A stretch of DNA of 64,000 nucleotides from an uncultured Desulfohalobiaceae bacterium (GTDB lineage: Bacteria; Desulfobacterota; Desulfovibrionia; Desulfovibrionales; CAZUBS01): contig CAZQOG010000002.1 in NCBI GenBank assembly GCA_964594925.1, positions 389 to 64,388 on the forward strand, in the 5' to 3' direction. Position 1 is the first letter of the stretch. Every line of letters starts with the position of its first letter. The notes under the pieces are model-generated. The model was not told where the DNA came from and did not search any database. It saw nothing but the letters and a program-made list of their open reading frames with translations. Below, piece by piece: positions 40,365 through 48,277 of this stretch. The position numbers were made by a program, and so were the translations under genes.

Positions 40365-42906
40365 TCCCCTTGGGCTTGAAATAGCGCAGCCTGAGCGCGT
40401 TGGAGACCACGGTCACCGAAGACAAGGCCATGGCCGTGCCCGCGAACATGGGGTTGAGGGTCGGCCCGCCGAAGGCGTGCAGCAGACCTGCGGCCACGGG
40501 GATGCCCAGGGTGTTGAAGGCAAAGGCCCAGAAGAGGTTCTGCTTGACGTTGGCCATGGTGGCCCGGGAGAGCTCGATGGCCGTGAGCACGCTCTGGGGC
40601 TCCCCCTTCATGAGCACCACGTCGCCGCTTTCCACCGCGATGTCGATTCCCGAGCCCATGGCCATGCCCAGGTCGGCCCTGGCCAGGGCCGGGGCGTCGT
40701 TGATGCCGTCCCCCACCATGGCCACGGTCAGCCCTTGGTCCTGGAGCCGCTTGATCTCGTCGGCCTTCTTGTCCGGGAGCACCTCGGCCAGGACCCGGTC
40801 CACCCCGAGATCCCTGGCAACGGCCTCGGCCGTGACCCGGTTGTCACCGGTCAGCATGGCCACGGAGAGCCCCCGGGCCTCCAGCGCGGCCACGGCTTCG
40901 CGTGCGCCCTGCTTGGGCCGGTCCGCCACGGCCAGGACCGCCCACGGGCGGCTGTCCACGGTCAGGTAGAGAGCGGTCTTGCCCTCCCGGGCGAAACCGA
41001 GGGCCGCTTCCGCGGCAGGGCCGGCATCACACCCGGGAATGCCCTCCTCCTGCATGAAGGAGAGGTTGCCGATGCGCACGTCCCGGCCGTCCACCCTGGC
41101 CCGGACCCCGCGCCCGGAAACAGCCTCCAGGGCCTCGGCCCGGGCCGGGGCGACGCCCCGCTTCCTGACCGATTCCACCAGGGCCCGGGCCAGGGGATGC
41201 TCGGAGAGCGACTCGGCGCCGGCTGCCAGGGCCAGGGCTTGGTCCTCTCCTCCCCCGGCTTCCCCGAGCAGGACCACGTCGGTCAGCTCCGGCCTGCCCC
41301 TGGTCAGGGTCCCGGTCTTGTCAAAGACCACCACGTCCAGGTCCCCGGCCCGCTGCAGGGCGGAGCCGGTCTTGACCAGCACCCCGAGCAGGGCCCCCCG
41401 CCCGGTGCCGACCATGATGGACATGGGGGTGGCCAGGCCCATGGCGCAGGGGCAGGCGATGACCAGCACGGCAATGGCGATACGCAGGGAAAAGGTGAAG
41501 GTCTCCCCGGCCCACAGATACCAGGCCAGGCCCGAGGTGACGGAGACGACCATGACCAGGGGCACGAAGTAATAGCTGACCCGGTCGGCCAGATTGGCGA
41601 TGGGGGCCTTGGAGCCCTGGGCCTCCTGGACCATGCGGATGATGCGGGCCAGCATGGTGTCGCCGCCCACCTGCTCGACCCGGATGGTCAGGGCGCCCTG
41701 ACCGTTGACCGTGCCCCCGGCCACCCGGTCGCCCCGCCCCTTGTCCACGGGAAGGGGCTCCCCCGTGAGCATGGACTCGTCCACGGCCGAAGAGCCCTCC
41801 TCGACCACGCCGTCAACCGGGATGCGCTCCCCCGGCTTGACCAGCACCATGTCCCCCCGGGCCACCTCCTCCACGGGCACCACCTTCTGCCCCCCGTCCT
41901 CGAGCAGGGTGGCCGTCTCCGGCCTCAGCTTGAGCAGGGCCCGGACGGCGTCGCCCGTCTTGAGCTTGGAGCGGGCCTCGAAGTACTTGCCCAGGGAGAT
42001 GAGGGCGATGAGCACGGCCGTGGACTCGAAGTAGAGGTCCATGGCATGCTCCACCGGCCGGATCCCCAGGGCGATGAGCACCAGGTTCCAGGTGGAGTAG
42101 ACAAAGGCGGCGCCCGTTCCCAGTGCCACCAGGGTGTCCATGTTGGGGCCGCCGCGCAGCAGGGCGGGGATGCCGCGGGTGTAGAAGAAGCGACCCAGCC
42201 AGACCACAGGTGCGGTCAGAAGGAACTGGGCCAGGGCAAAGGCCAGGGGGGACTGCATGGGGTCGAGCCAGCCGGGCAGGGGCATGCCGAACATGTGCCC
42301 CATGGACAGCACCAGCAAAGGGCCGGCAAAGGCGAACTGCCACACCAGGCGTCGCTGCATGGACTGCAGCTCCTTTCTGGCCTCCTGGCGGCGCTCCTCG
42401 AATCGTCTGGCAGCCGCGGACTGGACGGTTGCCGTGAACCCGGCCTCCCGGATGGCCTCGGTGATGTCGGACAAGCGGACCCGGGTCGGGTCGAAGCGGA
42501 AGGCTCCGCTGTTGTCGGCCAGGTTGACCGAGGCCTCCTCCACGCCGTCAAGGGCGGAGGTGACCCGCTCGATGCGCGAGGAGCAGGCCGCGCAGTGCAT
42601 GCCGCCCAGCTCGAGGCGGACGGTGCGCACCCCTTCTTCGGTGGGAGGCAGGGCAGGACCCTCCAGGGAGAGATCGGTGGAAAACCCCAGCTCCTTGACC
42701 CGGGCCTCGATCTCCTCGGGGGCCAGCTTGTGGCGGTCCCAGGACAGGTCCATGGTCTCGGCGGCCAGGTTGACGCTGACCTCTTCCACCCCGTCCAGCT
42801 TGGACAGGGTGCGCTCGATGCGCGTGGCGCAGGCCGCGCAGTGCATGCCCGAAACAGGCGCCTGGAGCCTGCGGGTGGTGTGGTCGGATGAGTGATCGTG
42901 GCTCAT
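40327..42906 (-). CDS. copA: copper-translocating P1B-type ATPase with two N-terminal HMA domains
   Basis: ORF track 40327..42939; ATG 42906 or 42939. Two GMHCAAC motifs, CPC transmembrane motif ([12 protein letters not shown]), DKTGTLT phosphorylation site, GDGINDAP. Confidence 0.95.
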   Translation of the reverse strand: MSHDHSSDHTTRRLQAPVSGMHCAACATRIERTLSKLDGVEEVSVNLAAETMDLSWDRHKLAPEEIEARVKELGFSTDLSLEGPALPPTEEGVRTVRLELGGMHCAACSSRIERVTSALDGVEEASVNLADNSGAFRFDPTRVRLSDITEAIREAGFTATVQSAAARRFEERRQEARKELQSMQRRLVWQFAFAGPLLVLSMGHMFGMPLPGWLDPMQSPLAFALAQFLLTAPVVWLGRFFYTRGIPALLRGGPNMDTLVALGTGAAFVYSTWNLVLIALGIRPVEHAMDLYFESTAVLIALISLGKYFEARSKLKTGDAVRALLKLRPETATLLEDGGQKVVPVEEVARGDMVLVKPGERIPVDGVVEEGSSAVDESMLTGEPLPVDKGRGDRVAGGTVNGQGALTIRVEQVGGDTMLARIIRMVQEAQGSKAPIANLADRVSYYFVPLVMVVSVTSGLAWYLWAGETFTFSLRIAIAVLVIACPCAMGLATPMSIMVGTGRGALLGVLVKTGSALQRAGDLDVVVFDKTGTLTRGRPELTDVVLLGEAGGGEDQALALAAGAESLSEHPLARALVESVRKRGVAPARAEALEAVSGRGVRARVDGRDVRIGNLSFMQEEGIPGCDAGPAAEAALGFAREGKTALYLTVDSRPWAVLAVADRPKQGAREAVAALEARGLSVAMLTGDNRVTAEAVARDLGVDRVLAEVLPDKKADEIKRLQDQGLTVAMVGDGINDAPALARADLGMAMGSGIDIAVESGDVVLMKGEPQSVLTAIELSRATMANVKQNLFWAFAFNTLGIPVAAGLLHAFGGPTLNPMFAGTAMALSSVTVVSNALRLRYFKPKGTRSSKLKAQSSK

Positions 42907-42941
42907 GAACCGCCCTGGGTAAGAGGTGGTGTGGTGCACAG

Positions 42942-42969
42942 AGAATAGCTATCGGGGTGGGGAGGTCAA
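42942..42969 (-). promoter_or_regulatory. candidate sigma70 promoter of copA
   Basis: Minus strand reads TTGACC (42969-42964), 16-nt spacer, TATTCT (42947-42942), about 35 nt upstream of ATG 42906. Consensus match only. Confidence 0.3.
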
Positions 42970-43112
42970 GCGGGGTTGGCCGGAAGGGGAAGGGGTAACG
43001 GACCGGCTGGAAGGATTGGAGTGATCGGACATCAGAGGGCTTTGCTTGACTCCGTGCACCAGAAACAGGCTACACTTGAAGCCTGGACACCACCCCAACC
43101 TGCGGAGGAGAC

Positions 43113-43763
43113 ATGAACGCAACCCAACAGCTCACACGGTCCGTGCTCCTGGTCATCGACATGGAGAACGACTTCCTTCCGGGCGGGGCGCTGGCGGTGC
43201 CTGACGGGGACGCAGTCATCCCGGTCATCAACAGGGTCATGCCCCTGTTCCCTCTGGTCGTGGCCACCCGTGACTGGCACCCCCCGGGGCACATCTCCTT
43301 TGCTTCCCGGCACGAGGGCAAGGAGCCGGGCCAGACAGCCGAGGTTGCCTACGGGGAGCAGGTCATGTGGCCGGAGCACTGCGTCCAGGCCACGCACGGG
43401 GCCATGTTCCCGGAGGAGCTGGATCAGCGGCCCTTCAACCTCATCCTGCACAAGGGCACCAGGAAGGACCTGGACTCCTACTCCGCCTTTTTCGAGAACG
43501 ACAGAACCACCTCCACGGGCCTCGAACCCTACCTGGCCGGGATGGGCGTGGAAAAGGTCTTTGTGTGCGGTCTGGCCGAGGACGTGTGCGTGTCCTTCAC
43601 CGCCCAGGACGCCCGGAGGCTCGGCTTCGAAACCTTTGTCATCGGGGACGCCACCCGGGGCGTGGATATCCCCGAGGGCAACCTGGAAGAGGCGCGGCAG
43701 ACCATGCGGGAGAAGGGGGTGAAGCGGATCAGCTCGCAAGAAGTGGAGGAGATGGCAGGGTAA
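43113..43763 (+). CDS. pncA: nicotinamidase/pyrazinamidase (isochorismatase family)
   Basis: 216-aa ORF behind GGAGGAG. LLVIDMENDFLPGGALAVPDGD...VATRDWHPPGHISF...VCGLAEDVCV (catalytic Cys context). Confidence 0.88.
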   Translation: MNATQQLTRSVLLVIDMENDFLPGGALAVPDGDAVIPVINRVMPLFPLVVATRDWHPPGHISFASRHEGKEPGQTAEVAYGEQVMWPEHCVQATHGAMFPEELDQRPFNLILHKGTRKDLDSYSAFFENDRTTSTGLEPYLAGMGVEKVFVCGLAEDVCVSFTAQDARRLGFETFVIGDATRGVDIPEGNLEEARQTMREKGVKRISSQEVEEMAG

Positions 43764-43766
43764 GAC

Positions 43767-43990
43767 AAAGCTCGAAGTTGGAAGTTCGAAGGGAAGACAG
43801 AAGAAAAAAGGAAACCTTCAGTTTGAGGCGTAGCTGGATCATGTGCCTTGCTTCCAGCTTCGAACTTCGAATTATTCTTCCAACCGCAACCTCTCAAACT
43901 TGCTCTGCCAATCAACCAATCAACCACGCAACAAATAAACCTGCCTTTCCCTTCGAGCTTCCGACTTCCAGCTTCCAGCTTCCAGCTTTC
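43767..43990. repeat. three GAAG-heptad arrays plus a CCAATCAA tandem between pncA and malQ
   Basis: 43767-43796: aaagctcgaag ttggaag ttcgaag ggaag. 43846-43881 and 43944-43990 are the opposite-orientation type (…ttccgac ttccagc ttccagc ttccagc tttc). The last array ends in the malQ stop codon (43989-43991). ccaatcaa ccaatcaa at 43908-43923. Confidence 0.85.
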
Positions 43991-45479
43991 AATCCCGCTC
44001 GTAGACCCGCACCATCTCCCCGAGCCGCTTGGCCAGGTCATCGGTCAGCAGCTCGGGCCGGCAGCGCCAGGTCCAGTTGCCGTTTGACTGGGCCGGGGTG
44101 TTCATGCGCGACTCCGGGCCCAGCCCGAGGACATCCTGCAGGGGGATGATGGCCGTGTCGGCCACCGAGGACAGGGCCATCCGGATCAGCTCCCAGTGCA
44201 GCTCTTCGAGCCCGACCTTCCTGCCCAGGTAGGCAAAGAGGCGTTTTCTGACCTCGTGGTCGGCCTCCTGCTCGAACCAGCCGTGCACCGTGTTGGTGTC
44301 GTGGGTGCCGGTGTAGACCAGGCAGTTCCTCTCGTAGCGGTGGGGCTGGTAGTCGGTGCCGCCGCCAAAGGCGAAGAGCAGGACCTTCATGCCCGGGAAG
44401 GGGTAGCGGCAGAGCACCTCCTTGACGTCGGGGGTGATCAGCCCCAGGTCCTCGGCGATCAGGGGCAGGGTGCCGAAGCGCCGCAGCAGGGCCTGGAAAA
44501 ACGCGTCCACGGGCACCTCCACCCAGCTCCCGTTGACAGCGGTCTCCTCCCCGGCCGGGACCTCCCAGTAGGCCACAAGCCCCCGGAAGTGATCGATGCG
44601 GGTCAGGTCGTAGAGGGTGAAGCAGTGCTCCAGCCGGCGGATCCACCAGTCAAACCCCGTGGCCTGGAGGCGGTCCCAGTCATAGACCGGGTTGCCCCAC
44701 AGCTGTCCGGTGGCGCTGAAGTAGTCCGGGGGGACACCGGCCACCACCTGGGGGCACCGGTCACTGCCAAGCTTGAACATCTCGGGGTTGGACCAGACGT
44801 CGGCGCTGTCCAGGCTGACGTAGATGGGGATGTCGCCCACGATCTGGATGGAGCGCCTGTTGCAGTACCCCTTGAGCTCCTGCCACTGGGAGAAAAACAG
44901 GTACTGCACGAACATGTGGCGCAGCATCTGCTCGGCCAGCTCGGTCCTGGCCCGCTCCAGGGCATGGGGTCGCCGGTCCCGGAACTCTGCGGGCCACTCC
45001 AGCCAGGAGCTTCCGTGGAAGCGGTCCTTGAGGGCCGTGAACAGGGAGAAGTCCTCCAGCCAGGGTTGGTGCTCGCGCTTGAAGCGCGCGAACAAGGCGT
45101 CCCGACCGGCCCGGGGGAGAAAGCGCGCAAAGGCGCGGCGCAGCAGGTCGTCCCTGTGGCGGGCCACGGCCCCGAAGTCCACCCGGTCGGTGGGGAAGCA
45201 AGGCGTGCCGTCGAGGTCGGAGGGCTCCAGAAAGCCGTCCCGGACAAGCATCTCCGGGCTGATGAGCAAAAAGTTGCCGGCAAAGGCCGAGGGGCTGCTG
45301 TATGGGGAGTTGCCCAGCCCCGGGTTGGTCGCGGTCAGGGGCAGGATCTGCCAGCATGTCTGGCCCGAGGCCGACAGGAAGTCGACAAAGTCCCGGGACC
45401 CCTGTCCCATGTCGCCGATGCCGTAAGGAGAGGGCAGGCAGGTGATGTGGCACAGAATGCCGCTGCCGCGTTTTCTCAT
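43989..45479 (-). CDS. malQ: 4-alpha-glucanotransferase (amylomaltase)
   Basis: ORF track 43989..45500, trimmed to ATG 45479 (ATGA overlap with the treY stop). GILCHITCLPSPYGIGDMG, GDIPIYV and DVWSNPE are GH77 motifs. Confidence 0.92.
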   Translation of the reverse strand: MRKRGSGILCHITCLPSPYGIGDMGQGSRDFVDFLSASGQTCWQILPLTATNPGLGNSPYSSPSAFAGNFLLISPEMLVRDGFLEPSDLDGTPCFPTDRVDFGAVARHRDDLLRRAFARFLPRAGRDALFARFKREHQPWLEDFSLFTALKDRFHGSSWLEWPAEFRDRRPHALERARTELAEQMLRHMFVQYLFFSQWQELKGYCNRRSIQIVGDIPIYVSLDSADVWSNPEMFKLGSDRCPQVVAGVPPDYFSATGQLWGNPVYDWDRLQATGFDWWIRRLEHCFTLYDLTRIDHFRGLVAYWEVPAGEETAVNGSWVEVPVDAFFQALLRRFGTLPLIAEDLGLITPDVKEVLCRYPFPGMKVLLFAFGGGTDYQPHRYERNCLVYTGTHDTNTVHGWFEQEADHEVRKRLFAYLGRKVGLEELHWELIRMALSSVADTAIIPLQDVLGLGPESRMNTPAQSNGNWTWRCRPELLTDDLAKRLGEMVRVYERD

Positions 45480-48277
45480 CGCTGTGTTCTCCCGATGCAC
45501 AGAGCCGCGGGAAAGCGGTCCATGAGGGTGTTGAGGTGCAGGGAGCGGCCCTGCGGAGCGTGGGTCTGGCCGGTCAGCACATTTTGGAAACGCCGCGGCC
45601 CGGCCGCGGGAAGAATCACCCAGGTGTCCTGCCAGAAGTCTCCCAGGGGGTCGCGGCCGTCCTTGAGGACCTTGGCCAGGAAGCGGGGCACCACCACCAC
45701 GGCCGTCCTGGCGCCGTGTTGCCTGGCAAAGGCCAGCACATGCCTGCGCATGTTCCCGCGCACCCGGAGGGGCAGGTAGGCGCCTTTCTCGAAGAGCCGG
45801 GGGCTTGCGGTGCGCACGGTCAAAGCGCGGTGCACCAGGAAGAGCTTGATCCGCCCGTCCCGTCTGGAGTCGAGCAACTCCTGCAGCAGAGAGTCCCGGT
45901 CCCGGGCAAACCGGTCCCTGAGGTCGCTGAGCAGCTTCCTGCGCAGCGTGAAGTCCACGGGGCGGCGGTTGTCCGGGTCCACCAGGGAGAGGTCCCAGAG
46001 TTCGCTGCCCTGGTAGAAGTCGGGCACCCCGGGGGCGGCGGTCTTGATCAGGGTCTGGGCCAGGGAGTTGTAGATCCCAAGCCGGGCCACCCTTTCCTGG
46101 AAGGGCAGGAAGGACTCCAGGAAAAAGCCCCCGGACTCCGGGTCGAGGATGGAGGCGGCAAAGTCGAGCAGGGCCTGCTCATATTCGGGGTTGGGGTTGA
46201 CCCAGGAGGAGTGGACCTTGGCCTCGCGCACCGCCTTGGTCAGGTACCCCTGGACCCTGTCTCGCAGGTCGGAGCCGTTTTCGGGCTCAAAGGGCCACAC
46301 CCCCACCAGGGTCTGGTAGAGCAGGAGCTCGTCGTTGCCGTCAGGGGCGCGGAGCCCGTCAACCCAGCTTTTGGCCTTGGCATTGCCCCGGCGCCAGGAG
46401 CGGACCAGCCTGCCCCACTCCTCGGGAAGCTCGGACAGGACGTTCAGGCGGGCCCGCACGTCCTCGCCCCGCTTGTTGTCGTGGGTTGCGCTGGCATTCA
46501 TGGACAGGGGCCAGTGCTCAGCCCGGCGGCGCACCCAATCGTGGAAGGTACCGGGGGCGCACCCGAACCGCTCAGGGTTCCCCCCCACCTCGTTCAGGGA
46601 CAGGAGGCGGTTGTAGACATACAGGAGCGTGTCCTCGAAGCCTTTGGCCATCAGGGGGCCGGTGAGCTGCTGGAAACGGTGCACAAAGGCCAGCCACAGC
46701 CGGCGCTCCTCAGGGCTGCTGTCCTGCAGCCCGTTGAGCAGGAGGTAGCGCCTGATGAACAAAAACTCCTTTTCCAGGGCGGGGAGGCTGCGCTGGGCCT
46801 CGTCCAGGGCCGAGGTCACGATGTGCCGGTCCTGCTCGGAGATCCCCCGCTCGTCGATGTAGGTGCGGTAGATGGGGAAACGGGCCAGGAGCTCGACCAG
46901 GGCGCGCTTGAGCCCGAACAGGGTGATGTCCCGGCCGTAGCGGTCCCTGGCCGAGACCTGTTTCAGCAGCTGGGCCAGGTTGTCCACGTCCCCGGCCATC
47001 TCCTTGCCGATGATGAGCCGCTTCTTGTCCGCCTCCAGCTCCTGGTAGGGCTGCCGGCTGCCCGAGACCGAAACATAGAGGCGGTCCAGGGCACGGCGTC
47101 CTCCAGGGTCGCAGAAGAGCTGGGTGACCCGGTTCATGAACTCGTAGCCGGTGGTTCCCTGGACCGGCCACTGTCGGGGCAGATCCTCGTCCCACTCCAG
47201 TATCTTCTCCACCACCAGGTAGGCCGCGGGGCAGCGCTTCCGGAGCTGACGAAGGTATGCCCCGGGGTCGTACAGCCCGTCCACGTGGTCCACGCGCAGC
47301 CCGGTGAACCACCCGCTGCGCACCCCGCGCAGGATCAGCTCGTGGGTGCGCTCGAAGACTTCCCGGCGCTGCATGTTCAGGGAGATGAGCTCGTTGATGT
47401 TGAAAAAACGGCGGTAGTTGATCTCCTCGGTGGCCACCTTCCAGAAGGAGAGGCGGAAGTGCTGTTCAAAGAGCAGGTTCTCCAGGTCGTCGAAGCTGCC
47501 GGGTTGGTCCGTGCTCCCGTTGAAGCCGGTCACGGCCCGCTGGATGTGCTTGCTGATGACCGGGTTGGTCTGGTGCAGCTCCCTGAGCATGCGCTTGGCA
47601 AAGCGGACCTGGGTGTCGCGTTCCTCCGAGCTCTCCGGGGGAAGCGATTTGAGCAGGTAGAGCACGCCCAGCAGCTTGAGCGCGTCCTCGTCCTTGTCGT
47701 CGAGCTCCTCCAGGATGTCCGGGACCACTGGCTGCACCACCCGGGGGTAGGAGGCCACGTCCAGGGGGAAGCTGTGCTCGTAGTAGCCGATGCAGAAGCC
47801 CTGGTCGTCCTGATAGCGCAGCCGGATCTCCCCATCCTCCAGGCACTCGGCAAAGGAGCGGCCCAGAAACGGGGCCAGCAGGCGGCCCTTGAGAGCGGGG
47901 GAGAAGTGGTCCCAGTCCACGTCGAAGAAATCGTGGTAGGAGGATGCCGTGCCGTTTTCCAGCACGTCCATGAGCATGGCGTTGCCCGGGGCATAGGCCA
48001 TGTGGTTGGGCACGATGTCCTGGATCCAGCCAAGGCCGCTTGATTTCACCGCCTGCATGAGGTTTTCGAAGTCCTGTTCCGTGCCCAGCTCCGGGTTGAG
48101 CCGGGCAGGCTCGACCACGTCGTAGCCGTGCCCGCTTCCGGGCCTGGCCTGGAACACGGGCGAGGCATAGACGTGGGAGATCCCGAGCGCGGCCAGGTAG
48201 TCCATGATCGCGGCGGCCGCGGTGAAATCCAGGTCGGAACCGAACTGGAGCCGGTAGCTGGTCTGGGGGGCACGCAT
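45476..48277 (-). CDS. treY: malto-oligosyltrehalose synthase
   Basis: ORF track 45476..48424, trimmed to ATG 48277 (overlaps the upstream stop). SYRLQF...ISHVYASPVFQARPGSGHGYDV is the TreY N-terminus. Confidence 0.9.
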   Translation of the reverse strand: MRAPQTSYRLQFGSDLDFTAAAAIMDYLAALGISHVYASPVFQARPGSGHGYDVVEPARLNPELGTEQDFENLMQAVKSSGLGWIQDIVPNHMAYAPGNAMLMDVLENGTASSYHDFFDVDWDHFSPALKGRLLAPFLGRSFAECLEDGEIRLRYQDDQGFCIGYYEHSFPLDVASYPRVVQPVVPDILEELDDKDEDALKLLGVLYLLKSLPPESSEERDTQVRFAKRMLRELHQTNPVISKHIQRAVTGFNGSTDQPGSFDDLENLLFEQHFRLSFWKVATEEINYRRFFNINELISLNMQRREVFERTHELILRGVRSGWFTGLRVDHVDGLYDPGAYLRQLRKRCPAAYLVVEKILEWDEDLPRQWPVQGTTGYEFMNRVTQLFCDPGGRRALDRLYVSVSGSRQPYQELEADKKRLIIGKEMAGDVDNLAQLLKQVSARDRYGRDITLFGLKRALVELLARFPIYRTYIDERGISEQDRHIVTSALDEAQRSLPALEKEFLFIRRYLLLNGLQDSSPEERRLWLAFVHRFQQLTGPLMAKGFEDTLLYVYNRLLSLNEVGGNPERFGCAPGTFHDWVRRRAEHWPLSMNASATHDNKRGEDVRARLNVLSELPEEWGRLVRSWRRGNAKAKSWVDGLRAPDGNDELLLYQTLVGVWPFEPENGSDLRDRVQGYLTKAVREAKVHSSWVNPNPEYEQALLDFAASILDPESGGFFLESFLPFQERVARLGIYNSLAQTLIKTAAPGVPDFYQGSELWDLSLVDPDNRRPVDFTLRRKLLSDLRDRFARDRDSLLQELLDSRRDGRIKLFLVHRALTVRTASPRLFEKGAYLPLRVRGNMRRHVLAFARQHGARTAVVVVPRFLAKVLKDGRDPLGDFWQDTWVILPAAGPRRFQNVLTGQTHAPQGRSLHLNTLMDRFPAALCIGRTQR

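Noticed and set aside
40339-42891. 850-aa plus-strand ORF
   Set aside because: It is antisense to copA (CPC, DKTGT and GDGINDAP motifs on the other strand). Shadow ORF.
43046-43076. MerR/CueR-type promoter (TTGACT-19 nt-TACACT) in the copA-pncA divergent region
   Set aside because: The 19-nt spacer is suggestive. However, the promoter faces pncA rather than copA, no dyad symmetry spans the spacer, and copA has its own better-spaced candidate promoter at 42942-42969.
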